A stretch of DNA of 63,364 nucleotides, filler included, from Olpidium bornovanus S191 (GCA_017911155.1; 32 parts of 32 records of this genome joined end to end with filler, not necessarily neighbours in it), one strand, 5' to 3'; positions 47,576 to 60,918 are shown, counted from the whole stretch's first letter. The notes: generated by a model from the sequence alone, not told the origin. Made by a program: numbers and translations.

Positions 47576-47741
47576 NNNNNNNNNNNNNNNNNNNNNNNNN
47601 NNNNNNNNNNNNNNNNNNNTTAATTAATTAANNNNNNNNNNNNNNNNNNNNNNNNNNNNNNNNNNNNNNNNNNNNATTAAGAAAAGAAAAAACGGGAAGA
47701 GAAAAAAGTCAATTAGCCGCCGAGTTGCGTGTGAGGTTCTA

Positions 47742-49079
47742 TTATACTTTTGGTGCCTGGTGCTTGTCTGTGAACGCCTTCAGAGTGTCGCTCATGAAGT
47801 ACGGCCGAGCGGCCGTTCCGTCGTTTCGCTCGCAATCCTCACAGAAACAGAGGAAAATCGTCTGCGCGAGCGTGCACAGAAATGATGAGCGGACTGGACT
47901 GCAGCTCGCTGTCACTTCTCCTCCCCCCCGCCACCCAACTCCCAGCTCCCCTCCATCAATACCGCGAGAAACAAAGCTTGCACTTACATTCACGGCCATC
48001 TGGACCACGCTTACGAATGCCGTCGAGATGGACCATGACAAGACGGCAATGACCTGAAAAAAAAAACCAATTATTTCTTTAAAGAACACTCGGTCGGTCA
48101 CAGAAAAAAAAAAATACATACCAGTAGTGGCAGGCCGTACATGTCCCCGACGGACGTCCTGCTCTGCAGGATGGCCAACCCGATGAGGCACACCACGCTG
48201 GTTATGAGGAGCTTGCCCAGGAAAAGCAAGAAGGCTGCGACTCCGTCGATGACGAGAACTCTGCGTCGGCGCGCGCGCATGAGTGATTTTTTTTTTTTGC
48301 GCTCCGGAACTCCTTCGAGTTTTGAACCCTTCCCCTCCCCCGCCTTCCCCACCCCACCCTACCCCTCCAAATAAATAGAAGCGTTGAATCGTGCCCGTTT
48401 TTTTTCCTACCTGAAAGCGTTCCTGACGAGCAGGTCAAAGGCGGTTTTCGCGCCGTCGAAAAACGAGTAGCCGTAGATGGATATCTTTTTTTATTTCGCG
48501 GATGGAGAAACAAAACAAAAAAAAATTATAATCTGAGCAAGCGAGGTACTTAACCTCCTCCTCTCCCCCGCCCACCCGTGTTTTCTTTCGCCGGTCAATT
48601 TTTCAAGGCGCGGGGAAGCCATTTTTTTTTGTTGCGAACGAAAAACGACGATTTCCCGGCGCAGCGGGGTGTTCCCGCGATGTCCCCCGCGCCCCCCCCC
48701 CCCCCCCCCCCCCTCCCACCGCTCCCTCCACCCCCAGCCCGCCGCCGCCCTGTACCATAATGTAAGCGTTCTTGTTGAGAAACTTCAAAAACTTTTCCAG
48801 GCACATGAAGCAGCACTGGAGGCACGACATGATGTACTGGGCCGCCCTGTTCTCGGACCCGCGCAGGCGCGCCTGGATTTGGGAGAGGATGAACCGGACG
48901 AACTGCACGATCGCGATTATCAGCGCCCCGAGCGCCAGCGAGCCGAGGTGGTACCGCGTCGTGCGGCAGAACGACCTCCAGATGGGGGAGCGCGGCAGCG
49001 CCTTCTTGTCCCGCGTCCAGTACCACGTCGCGATCGCCCCGGCGATCGTGCACTGCCCGATCGCGTTTATCCAGTTCAT
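47742..49079 (-). CDS. Choline transporter-like protein (CTL/SLC44, Pns1 family), C-terminal part
   Basis: QCTIAGAIATWYW, RYHLGSLALGALIIAIVQ, CLEKFLKFLNKNAYIM, IYGYSFFDGAKTAFDLLVRN, TIFLCFCEDCERNDG...PYFMS. Confidence 0.93.
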
Positions 49080-49180
49080 GNNNNNNNNNNNNNNNNNNNN
49101 NNNNNNNNNNNNNNNNNNNNNNNNTTAATTAATTAANNNNNNNNNNNNNNNNNNNNNNNNNNNNNNNNNNNNNNNNNNNN

Positions 49181-50381
49181 CATGCGTTCCTCCTTGCGTT
49201 AACCGGCGTGATCCTGAACCACCAGAGCGCCCTGTCCCAATATAACGCGGTTGGCGACTGGATGAACTTGCCTCTTCTGGATCGCGACGAGGCCACAAAC
49301 AACTACCGCAGGTCTTTCAACGCTTTGTTCGCCGTTCTTCAATCAGGGCTGTTGATCGAGACCTACCTCGCGGTACAGTGCTCCGAGCTGTGACTTGCGG
49401 AGACGGGTTCTTCTTTTCTCCAACCTCCCAACACGCGCTCCGAATGATGTCTCGCCGCCGTAGGTGCGCTCCCGAAGTACCTTTCATTTCTACCTGCTAG
49501 CCTCATATCATCTGTACAGCGCGGTGCACGCGTTTCAGGAACAATCGCTTTGGCAATTCATGGTCGGCACGTACCTGGACGAGAGTAAGCACAATAGCCC
49601 CGCGTGGATGGAGGTTGCGACCGCCGTTGCGGTGACGATAGCTGCGGCGGAGTGGGCGTTCTTCAGCGCGGCCTTCCACAGGCTCTGGGGCTGGAGGCGT
49701 CTACGGACGTTGGGCGACGGACCGAAAACTCGCGGTGAGTAACCTATGTGCGTGTCGGCGGTGCAAACACGCTCCTCCAGCTCCGGGCAATTCTAACGAG
49801 AGCAACGCGGACAGGCATGTTCGTCCTCCACCACGTTCACTCAAAGCTTCTCAAGGTCTCCCCGTTTCTGCTTCTGGGTTATCTGAACCGGCTTCTGATC
49901 CAGATACCGTCAGTAGATGGAGATTCGGGATTGCGGATGGACTTTCTTCGCCTCGTGGTCGGTCTCGGAGCGTTGTCCGCCACCATTATCCTGCCCGCGT
50001 ACGCCGGGGTGAGAAGTCATCGCCGAAGCAATTCCAACGCCCGACGATCATGTGCTGCCTTCCGTCTAAAGTTGTTTCCGTGACCGAACAAACCTGCAGC
50101 TGCACAAGGAGTCCAAGCCGTTGACCTGGATATCGATCATCAACATGGGACTCTTACTCGTGGTTAGCTCTGTTTACTACGTGATGGGACTGGAGAGGGA
50201 GCTGCAAAGGCCCCCTACAAACCCCTGGGGAGATGTCTCGCTTCACTCCGTCACGATACTATTCTTCGTGTTGGGCACGCTGCTTCTGCCCGGGTTGATG
50301 CTGCTTGGCATTGCAAACATGCGCAACTATAACAAAGGCCTGAAGGAGCTTAGTGAGTCAAAAAAGCGTTTTCCGCGTTGA
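49181..50381 (+). CDS. Multi-exon polytopic membrane protein of unknown function, partial
   Basis: Series of hydrophobic exons bounded by GT/AG, e.g. WISIINMGLLLVVSSVYYVMG and TILFFVLGTLLLPGLMLLGIA. Confidence 0.55.
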
Positions 50382-51774
50382 GACCCGTTTTTTTTTGCTC
50401 CTCTTATTCACCGGTGTCTGTACTGGCGGCAGGGACATCGCAAATATTGCTCGACGACGAGGGATTTGGCGACAGCCCCGCGGACCTCGACTTGCACGGC
50501 GTGCGTAACGCCGAAGAACCGAGAAAGGACCAGCGGCCGGACGCGGAGGCGGACGCGTCGTTCTCCATCCACCGCTATCCGCCCGCCGCTATGCATCACC
50601 TTCGATTTACAAAACAGTTGCCCGGGCAGGCCTCGCTGTGAGCAGCAATAACGACGGCGGTTATCCGGACAGTGACTCCCGCGGGACCATTTGGTCATAA
50701 TCGATTTTAAGTCTGGCCTTCCTGTTCGAATCGAGTCCGCCGTCTTGTTGATTTCAAGCGTATTCATCGGGAGCCGTGGTTTCCGGTTTCCCTGCCCAAC
50801 GGGTCCGGACAAAACAGGCCGTGGCGGAACTGGCCGCAGTGTGCTTCCAACGTCCGAATAAACCCAGAAGCTTGTTTGCGCGTTACTTGGCAAGGAAATC
50901 CCTTCGCAATAGATTTAACAAATTTTCACACCTAATTCTCTCTACCTTGCGTGAGCGGCTGAAGAGCAAGGGTAAGCGAAGAGTGGGGGACGGCTGATTT
51001 CCGTGCGTCCAAGCGGAGTAAATCACGCCGACGCTTGTGAAAGGACAAAAGCTTAATTCGCGGATCGTGTCCGCCCGCGCGGTCGGCGTTACGCCCTTCC
51101 ATCGGCGAAAGTCCGCGGCGGTCGCCGGCAGCCGAGTCTCACGTACTCGGAATTAGGTCGCTGGTTCATCAACAACCGCTTGGTGTTAGCAACCTCCGCC
51201 GTGCGTCGATTGTTGCTAACATGNNNNNNNNNNNNNNNNNNNNNNNNNNNNNNNNNNNNNNNNNNNNTTAATTAATTAANNNNNNNNNNNNNNNNNNNNN
51301 NNNNNNNNNNNNNNNNNNNNNNNAAAGCCAGTGGGGCGCAAGGAGATCCGGAAAAATAGCAAGGTTTTCTACCGCTTCTGGAGGCCCAGGCACCATCAGA
51401 GGCCTGACTTCCCGTACAACAGACGTGTTCCCGCCTGGGCCATGGCGAGGGCCTTGGTGGCCAAGGCTAGAGCAGCGGCAAGGGCAGCGGAGTGAGCGCT
51501 CATTGTCTCCTTACATTGTTCTCTTTTGGTACCTACGGGTGCAAACACGTTACGGTCAATTGTTTACATTCCGGATAGATTCCCCGGCACGCTGTAGAAA
51601 AACCCACAAAACCCCCCGGGCGCCCGGAGCACGTCCACGTCCAAGCGCCATTTGATGGTGGGGAATCAGGATTTACGTTAGGCCCGGGCGCGTGCCCGCA
51701 ACCGCTGTCACCCAAGTAGCTGCTGCCAACAGGCCGATTTCTGCGACCAGTGCACGTGCGGGCGAATCTGCAGG

Positions 51775-53145
51775 ATGCTGCGGAGTGTGTGTGGCTGCAG
51801 TAAGAAAGAAAAGCACCAAAAAAGAAAGAAAAATCCCCCCGTTCCCCTCCGCCCGCCTCCGCACCGCCGGAGACAGAGCGAGGCAGCGGGAAAGGCCGAT
51901 CGAAAAAGAGAGACCGTCCACCGCGGCAGATCCGCCGGCGTCATGCCGCCGTCGCACCTTTTCAAGCAACCGGCTGGGCCTGTTCAGCCGCTGCCCGCAC
52001 CCCGCGCCGCGCCGCCGGACGTCTGCTTGACGGAGGAGGGCGAGGAGGACGAGGAGGACGAGGAGGACGACGATGAATTTGCTTCCGCGTCAGAGTGGGA
52101 CGGCGACGAGAAGAAGGTCGACGGTGAGCAGCAGGAGGACGCTGGCGGCGGCTGCGGCGGTCAGGGTCTACGCCGAAACGGTCCCGGCGCGCGCGACACG
52201 ACTGCGGAACCAGAGGCCGCCGACTCTGGTCCCGCGTTGGACACCCCGTTATCGCAAGCCGCGGCCGCAGCAGCAGCAGGCGGTGACCGGCGGACAGCGC
52301 CAGACTCGGGAACAGGCGGCCGTCGCGGTGCGTCCTCGGCGGCGACGGCGACGACATCCGGGACAGGCACGGAGCCGATTGTCGGCCGATCGTCGGCGGC
52401 TCTTGCGGCGGCCTCCAAGAAACCGAAGAAAACGGCTGACGTGCAGCCAACGGCGGCTGACATGTCGCCCGGCGAGCAGGCGGGAGGGGGCGAGAAGAAT
52501 GCAACGCCAACCCCGTCGGACGCACCCGCGCATGAAGCCAAGTCCCCCGGTACGCTGCGCGTCGAAAGTGTGGCAACAGTCGGGTGATATTTGACGTCAC
52601 GCTGCCCGCCGATCTAAGTGCAGGCGCTTGTTTCGGCCTTCTCTCCGGCAGCTCAACCCGCGCAGAGGAGTTCCCAGTCAGACGTAAGCTGGGGCGGCTG
52701 GGGTTGGGGAATCCTGAAGAGCGTCACGCAGGACTTGGAGAATCCCAATCTGGACAGCCTGGTTAACAAGGCCAGCTCGCTCGGTATGTTCTTTGGAGAC
52801 GGCAGTCAAACCGCTCCGTCTTGTCGCCGTTGTGTTTTGTCTGTATGGCAGCACTTCATTACGAACGATTCCGCAGGCTTGTTATCTTATGAATCAGCCT
52901 ACGGACGATTCTGGCAGGAGGCAATCTGCGAGCGGCCGCCGCTCGCACCGTGGACAACGTTTACGAGGCCCTGGATCCGGAGTACGGGAAGGAGAAAGAG
53001 GTTATGCGTTCAGCGGCAAAGGTCGGAAGCCCCCCGGCTTCTGCGAGCGAGCTCAAAGAGGGGCCCGATGACGCGCCGAAATCTGCCGGGTCAGCCAGCT
53101 CCCCGATCCGCGAACATGCTTCAGACGTCACGGCCGAAGTGAAGG
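51775..53145 (+). CDS. Hypothetical acidic/low-complexity protein with a WGGWGWG motif, partial
   Basis: EEDEEDEEDDDEFASASEW, then exons SWGGWGWGILKSVTQDL and VDNVYEALDPEY; weak FAM114-like resemblance; true start uncertain. Confidence 0.45.
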
Positions 53146-54147
53146 TCGGTTGGTTTTTCCACAATTTGGCAACTGGTGAACAATTGCAATCGTGCGTTCT
53201 TATGCACCTGAAGACGGTATGATTCACGAGTGCTTNNNNNNNNNNNNNNNNNNNNNNNNNNNNNNNNNNNNNNNNNNNNTTAATTAATTAANNNNNNNNN
53301 NNNNNNNNNNNNNNNNNNNNNNNNNNNNNNNNNNNCATGGAACGATTTATACAACGCTAAATGCCGAATTTGACGCAGACCAACAGTTGTGCAGATTGGC
53401 GGCCTTCGAAGTCTGCCCTGCACTATGGACCACATCGAGGTGTCCACAAGTGAAACCCCTGGTTTTTTTTTCTTGATGATGGTTTCCGTGATTAGGTCAG
53501 GATCGCTTTCCGTGCGTCAGCAGAGGCTCTGGAGATGGCTTGTATTTGTATGACCTTATTTTGCCGCACCCGTGTTCCCCTTCGTCTCCCTCTCATCTCT
53601 TTTTCTCTCCCTCCCTCCCCCTCCCTCCCCCTCCCTTCCCCTCCCCCCTCGCCCGTGCTTTCGGTGGAGCCCCTGATTCAAACCACGCGGCGAATTTGTC
53701 GTCCAGCGCGGCCCGGCGCCACCACCTCGCTCATCCTCCCTCCCCCCACCTCCCTTTCGCGACCTGAAAAAAGAGAAAAAGAAGAAAATCTGGGGCTCCG
53801 GCCAACAGGAAAACACGTACTTGTAGCAAGCTCGCGCCCGCCCCCCACTCCCCACTCCCCACTTCCCCCCCCTCTCCTCCCGTCACCCGCCCCTCCAACC
53901 AACAACCAACCGACCCAAACAGACGAACACGTTGCGGGTGACGCGAAGTCAAAACAAATCCCCGCCCCCTCTTCCTCTCCTTCGCCCCCCGCCTCCCAAC
54001 GGAAAAAACAAGCGGCACACGCAGAAAACACGTCCCCTCCCCCCCTCCCCGACTTTGGGCCCCCCCCCGCACGGCCCTTCCCCGAGCGGACACTTCCACC
54101 CCCCGCCCCCCGCACCACCACCAACATCAACAACACAACTTCACACA

Positions 54148-55027
54148 ATGGTTTGTTGTTATCCTTCCCTACCCCCCACCTTTCTCCCCTTCCCCCCATA
54201 CCACACGTCCCGCCTTTTGCCGCCCGAATTCGATTTCTCCCCAACCGCCCCCCCCCGGGTCCGTTTCCCCGTTTTCCGATCGATCACGCGCCAATTTCTG
54301 TCGCACGGGCCGTAATTTCTCTCTCTCTCTCTCTCTCTCCCTTTCTCCCTTTCTCTCTTTCCCCCTCACCCCATTCACTTCCCTTCCTTCGCGCGTTTGT
54401 TTCTCCCCCTCAGGGCCTCCTTTCCCTTTTGAGGAAGCTGCGGCGGACGGAACGCGAGATCAGGATCCTCCTCCTGGGGCTCGACAACGCGGGAAAAACG
54501 AGCATACTGAAGCGGCTCACGTCCGAGGAGATCACGGAGGTGAAACCGACGCAGGGGTTTAACGTGAAAAGCCTGCAGCAGGATGGGTTCAAGATGAACG
54601 TGTGGGACATCGGCGGTGGGTTCTCGCGCTGCGTGGGGAGGGGGAGAAAAAGATTTTTCTTTTACTTTGTGCCTTGGCACAGGATGTAAATCCCCGACCA
54701 CCACCACTGCCTGACTTTTCTCGTCGGTTTGCTTTTTGCATATTTTTTTTTCAGGTCAAAAGACGATCCGGCCGTACTGGAAGCATTATTTTGACAACAC
54801 GGACGTTCTCGTACGCGAAACCTTTTTACATTCTTTTTTTTTTCGACCGCGGGAGGGGAGATTCCCTTTCCCCACCCCCCACCCCCACGCCCTGGTTTTC
54901 TTGTCGTCGTGATCTGGTCCTCCTCACAGCCTTCATCTTCTTTTTTCTTTTTTTTTTTTCTTTTGTTTGTTGTTTTCCTCCAGATCTACGTGATCGACAG
55001 TTCCGATCGCCGACGTTTGGAAGAGAC
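54148..55027 (+). CDS. ARL3: ADP-ribosylation factor-like GTPase ARL3, partial; exons 54148-54150, 54414-54615, 54755-54810, 54984-55027
   Basis: M|[87 protein letters not shown] and IYVID fit ARL3 rather than ARL2. Confidence 0.92.
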
Positions 55028-55382
55028 GTGCGTATATATGCACAATATATGTGCAATATAAGTGATGGCCAAGAAAGAGCCGCGCACACCAGCGTTTTGC
55101 GTGCGTGCGGGAAAAAAAACGGTCGCGGCGACCAATCCCTAACCTCCCCTTTCTGTCAATTTTTTTTCTTCTTGCCGGCTTTTTTTTTCTTTTTCCTTTT
55201 TTTCTTCCCCCCCCCCCCCCCTCTTCACGGATTTTCCACGCAACCCTCGCCCCCTCCCCGCAATTTTCTCAACAACAAAAANNNNNNNNNNNNNNNNNNN
55301 NNNNNNNNNNNNNNNNNNNNNNNNNTTAATTAATTAANNNNNNNNNNNNNNNNNNNNNNNNNNNNNNNNNNNNNNNNNNNNC

Positions 55383-56390
55383 ATGGTTCCGGATCCGAGT
55401 CTAGGATTTGAGCTCAAGAAGGCCGCCGAATGTGCGCGGCAGGAAAGGGCATCCAAGTTGGGCGCTGTCAATTTGGAGTCCAAATCCAAGATAGTGGCCG
55501 ACGCCGTTGAGAAAAATAAAGTTAACCTTCCCGCAAGCGTAATCGCCCAAATGCCGCCCGTCCCACCAATGGACGCCAAGTCCATCCCACGGCTGCTATG
55601 CGAGCAAGCCCGGATTCACCTCCTGGACAAGCCGGGCGAGAGACCGTTCCAGCACATCCAGCATTTGCAAACAGAAACTTTGTTCGCCCATTTAAAGTTA
55701 GGGCTGTCCACGTCTATGCTGGACGAGGATCTTCGCCCTTACCTCCTGCTCTTCCAGGAACTGATATTTAACGCTCCCGTCCTCGTCGAGGGGTCGGACC
55801 CCCCGGTGAAGATGGACTACAAAGACTTCGCACGCGAGCTTGCACGCGATCTTGTTTCGCACGAGGCCGCTGTTGGGCTTGGAAATGACCTGTTCACCTG
55901 CTCGTGGCTGTCGGAAGTCTTCGTGCTGGACGCCGTGGCCGAGCCAAAGAACTTTGACAAGCTTTGTCGCGCGTTGTCCCGTGGCATTTGTTTGACCCAG
56001 TTCCCGCGCAATCGCATCCTTACATTAGCGCAAAACTTGCTGAGCCAGATCTCCGAGATCAAACGCAGTGGAAATGACCTTCTTGTCGCGATTAGCGCCC
56101 GCGTCACCGTCCCGCTCCGCGGTTCGGAGATCGCAAAAAACCCGGCCCTGCCTGCAGCGGACCAGCGTGCGCCACTCGCCGGCCACGACATAGCCATTAG
56201 CATATTCAGGCAGGAGCCTTTCCTTCGCCGCATCGTTGATGCCCTTTCGGGCGAAGACGCTGAAAATGGCTACCAGAAAGTTTGCGAAAGGCTAGAGCGC
56301 CTTCGGGACGCCCTGCTTCTCCCACTCTCCAAGGTCGTCGGAGAGGATTGCTGTTCGAGGGCCACCGGGATACCTGTGCCCGGTTTTGTT
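55383..56390 (+). CDS. M16C-family zinc metallopeptidase (Sdd3/C05D11.1-like), internal exon
   Basis: MVPDPSLG..E..R...LG, LRPYLLLFQELIFNAPV, MDYKDFARELARDLVSH, LLSQISEIKRSGN. Confidence 0.72.
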
Positions 56391-56556
56391 AATGTGAGAG
56401 ATTTGAACTTTTCATCGTTACGTTTCTCCGCTTTACGTTCTGTGTTGTTTAACATGNNNNNNNNNNNNNNNNNNNNNNNNNNNNNNNNNNNNNNNNNNNN
56501 TTAATTAATTAANNNNNNNNNNNNNNNNNNNNNNNNNNNNNNNNNNNNNNNNNNNN

Positions 56557-57370
56557 CAAGCAAAAGACGACGGTAACCACGCGCCAGTGAGACCTTCTCA
56601 CGACGTTTCTGCTGAAGATCACCTCGACGGCCATCATCGCAAAATCAATCGCGTGCGTTCCGATGCTTCCCACCATGTCGCCCACGCTCGCCTTGCCATC
56701 AAAAAGTTCCTTCGACAGGACGCTCCAGTAGAGGACCGGCACAACAATGTGGTATACGGCCACCGTGGAGTACAACCAAGCATGGAGCCGCAGGAAAAAG
56801 GGGAATTCCACGAGCAGCCGCGGAGGCCTGTTCATCCCCGCACGGCCGTAGACAAAGTGGAAGGAATGGAACGTCGACACCTTTTTTTATGCATGGTCGT
56901 TTTAGCTTTGCTTCGGGGAGCGAAATTGGCGTTTTGCCCATAATCGAGAAAGTTCCAAGACCCACCCACCCAAACGTAAGCGACCTCCGCAAAGAACGTG
57001 AGGTTGGTGAAGTACATGAGAACGTCCGCCATCGTTTGCTGGCGGACCGCAACGGAAAGTGCGCCCGGGCAGAAAAACAGGAAGAAGCCGGTAAACTCTC
57101 CCGCTTTGCGGTCAGGCATCGCACTTTGAAGCGGCGGGGCCGACGCACCTTGGTGTAAATTTTGTTCCAGACGTAAAAGATCAGGAAGCCGAGGGCGTAA
57201 GTGGAGACGGATGCCCGCATCCAGAACAAAGCTTTCGCGGAAAGGAAATGCGAAGTGACGGGCAGCAGCGGGTCGCGTTGCAAAGACGCCGGCGACGTCG
57301 CATAGGGCTTCCACTGCTCGGGCTCCGCCTTGCCCTCCTCGAGGCGGCCATCGCAATGCATGCGCTCTCG
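56557..57370 (-). CDS. Polytopic membrane protein, FAR-17a/AIG1/rolling-stone-like, partial
   Basis: MYFTNLTFFA, WLYSTVAVYHIVVPVLYWSVL, SIGTHAIDFAMMAVEVIF pattern. Confidence 0.55.
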
Positions 57371-57666
57371 GCCGAAAACGGCAGCAGGCTGCCCCCCCTC
57401 CCCGCCCTCCCCCACTTTTCCGGCGGGTCGGGTTTCGGGCGCGACGGGAGATCTCGCGTCGATCGGGAAAGGGCGGTGGGGCAAGCCTTTTTCTTCTTCT
57501 TTTCCCGCAACCTGTTTGGGTTAGGAGGGGGTTGTTTTTCTGTCGCCCTCCGGAATGAGCGTGGGGGAGGAGGAAGGGGAGGTTATGAGGCTGGGGGTTG
57601 GGGTCGCCGAGCGTCGCGCGGGAGTTCATAGGCAAAAAAAAAAAAATAGTGAAAAAAAAAATCCTG

Positions 57667-57918
57667 CATGAATTTCCCACCTCGATCCGAGCAGTGGGTT
57701 CTTATTGTCCATCCGTGCTTCTCGGCGTATGGGAGAAAAATCAGGGGAGCGCTTTTTGTTCCTGAGACTGCCTTTGTTGGAAGGAAGTAGCCTCTATCCA
57801 GGCGTTTAGGCCCTACGTAGGTGAGTGCGTACCTGTTCCCGTGTATGGATGGTCGGTAGGGGCGGGTCAAATCGACGTGTATGGTATGGTCATCTTCTTT
57901 GTTTGCATTTGAGAGCGG
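57667..57918 (-). mobile_element. Ty1/copia integrase core fragment
   Basis: TIHVDLTRP...GNRYALTYV...GYFLPTK...TIRTHCSDRGGKFM matches rve H.DL.GP / G.RY / SD.GGEF; ends at CATG 57667-57670. Confidence 0.8.
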
Positions 57919-59829
57919 NNNNNNNNNNNNNNNNNNNNNNNNNNNNNNNNNNNNNNNNNNNNTTAATTAATTAANNNNNNNNNNNNNNNNNNNNNNNNNN
58001 NNNNNNNNNNNNNNNNNNATCCCGCCGGAACAATTACTAGCCTCCTTATCAGTTGTTTGACATACAGGCCGGGCGATCCGCCGCGTTGTCCGCCGGAGCG
58101 ACCTATCAACAAGAAAAAAAAACCGTAATTGGGGGCATGTGGATCACTTGCGGCAGGTTTCATTTTTTGGCGGCAAGTCTTTCGCGCAATCAAATATAGT
58201 GACTATCTTAGGCCCGAGCCATGTGTGGCCGGCCTGAAATTAAGACGTCACAACCCTTTTGGAATCTGCCGGTCCGACTTCGCTATCTCGAGGACGAGCG
58301 GCAAATCTCGTTGGCAGACCGCTGCTTCCTGGGCATTGCGCTCGGTGGATGTTTGACGACTTTCGCGGGTTTGCAGGATGCCGAAAACGCATAAAAATAA
58401 ATCCAAACAGTGCCGAGGCCGATGCCAACCTCACCGACTATATTAAGTCTGAGCAACGCACCCGACCGAGTCTCGCTCCTCTTCCCTCATTAGACGGCAA
58501 CTTTGTCCGACGCCACGGGATATTCCGGGGTTTGCATTTGCAGCGCATGACCCCGCATTTACAATTGGAGGTTTTTTCCCGTCTTTCCTGGGAAGAGCCG
58601 CTCTGCGAGATTGTCCCAGATGACTTTGCCTCTCGTCTTTAACCGTTGTGATACCACCTCAGCCGGGCGGTCCGTTTCTGCAAATGTGAATGGATCACCG
58701 CTTCTTTTTTTGTGTTGCTAGGATAATCGCCTTTACCCGGTAGGCATGAGCTGTCTATCAAAATTCTTCTGCCAAACTGTCTCAATTGATGGGCCGTTTC
58801 CAAACGGATAATTTCAGCCGTTCAATCTCGTCCTCTAACAAGTGACGCCGCCGGGGACGCGGGTAATATTGACTCCACGTTGCGACTGTTCGAATCGGAA
58901 ACAGCTGGAGCGAAGGTTATCAATAGTCCGCCCCAGAAAGTAAGCGGACAACGCTGACCAATCAAGTTTGCCGCTGGGGTGCCAGTCTGTGGTTGACCGT
59001 TTCAACTAGGCGATCTGTGTCGACTCTTTACCAAGCACTGTTCTTGCGCTTGTGGCCCTGGATAATCTGAATTTTGGCTCCGCGTGCCTGTTTCGACCGT
59101 AGCCTCACAAACTTGTCTCTCAGAGATTTTGGGCTTCGTCCCGGGAAAATGCAGACAATCTGGTTCAAGGGGCCTTCCCGTGGATTGCCCGGGCCGTTTC
59201 TCTCAGGCGCCCGCCCTCGCTATTCGGCCACGGAGTGTTACGACTGCGACGGACCTTGCCGACGGGAGAGCCTCGACGCAGTGCTTCGGGACCGTTCCGC
59301 GCTCGGCAACGCCCAAACGCGCGCGACGGCGTTGACCCAGGACGTAGGTTTGACTGATTCCGCAGAGCGGAAAACACCCCCTTGAGTTGTCAGACTGCGG
59401 TTGACGATATGAACAACGTATTTGTTCTGCTGACCAGAAAGGAACGACGTCTCCGCGCGCCCTCAGATGGCGCCGACCGATTCACGTGTGCCGACGGGGC
59501 GACGCCGGTAGCGGAAACGGAAGCCAAGTATATGGCTGCGCCCTGCGGAAAATGAGCCCGGAACGCGAGAATGGCTAGAAGGGTGCGTCCTCCGCCTGCC
59601 GACTGTCCCGCGCGCTGCAAACCCCGGGGTAAAGGGGGAGGGGGAGGAGGTGGGGTGTGGTAAAGGGGCATTATTGCTTTTCGTAGGCGGGCGTAAGAGT
59701 GCGAAGGGTTCGTTGGTCGGGAGGCGCCAGGAAGGGTGGAGAGGCAGAGAGCCGGAAAGAAGGCAGAGAGCAATCAGGTCCAACATCGTATGCTATCGCG
59801 AGTTGAAAGCAGTCGACAAACGGTGGATA

Positions 59830-59989
59830 TAGTGCCGCGAACAAGATAGAAAAGCTTTGGCAATAGTACCGCGGGACAGATGAATCGCAGGAAAAGGAAG
59901 CCGCTGACAAAGCTGTACCAAACATGGTAGTTGGAATTTTTTCCACGATGACTACGTTGCACGTTGCTGAAGACTCGTGCGAAGCTCAC
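59830..59989 (-). CDS. RasGAP domain fragment (exon or pseudogene)
   Basis: YSFVSGFLFLRFICPAVLLPKLFYLV contains the RasGAP FLR..CPA...P signature. Confidence 0.6.
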
Positions 59990-60918
59990 CGGTTCGACAA
60001 CGGGGGAAAAGGTTCAGCACCTCGCGTACGTTCTAGAGCCTCATGCGTTAAGGTTTATCCTGCTGTGGCCTCGCTTTAAAATCTCCGGCACCCACCCCTG
60101 GCGTCTTTTCGCGTACTCGCGGATCTATTTCCACGCAAGCCGCAATATAACTCATCAGCACCCGCGTCCGTCAATGCCGTCGCCGAGATGCAGTGTTTGC
60201 GGTTTAAAGGCGTCTCATTGATTACCTTGCCCTGGGACTTTTTCTTGCTTCCCCATGTTCTGATACTCGGACCAATGAGTTGTCATCGTTTGATATCAGG
60301 TAAACATCGATCTCAAAAATTAGCGTTACGAAGGCACATTGACAGCACAGGCCGGAATGGGGGAGCACTGACNNNNNNNNNNNNNNNNNNNNNNNNNNNN
60401 NNNNNNNNNNNNNNNNTTAATTAATTAANNNNNNNNNNNNNNNNNNNNNNNNNNNNNNNNNNNNNNNNNNNNCATGGAGCAGATTTAAGGTTTTGTCGAC
60501 ATCCAGTGCCCAGAGATGGTTATGCTCTTTCAAGAAACTCTTTACGGATTTCGACAACAGAGCACCTGCTGCTGGAATCTCGACCATTATGCGTCTTTGC
60601 GCCCATCGCCAATCGTCATATGCACACAACGTCTGCAGGGGCCACTTCGCGCCAACGCCCCTCGGGTGCCAATGGGGGGGCGGCTGTAACCAAGCGAAAA
60701 CACTCAAGATGCGTGCCCCTCCCCACCCCCTGATTATTTTTTTTTTTTTTTTTTCCGATAAACCCCCTGGCGAGAAAACCTCTCCCGACCGACAGACCGA
60801 CTCCAACCCTCCTCACTCCCCTCGCTCCCTCCGGGCACGAGGCGAAACTGCCCGCCCGCGGCCGGCTGCCGGAGAAGAAAAGACCCCCGCCACTCTTCGC
60901 CGCCGCTTCGGTGTCAAA

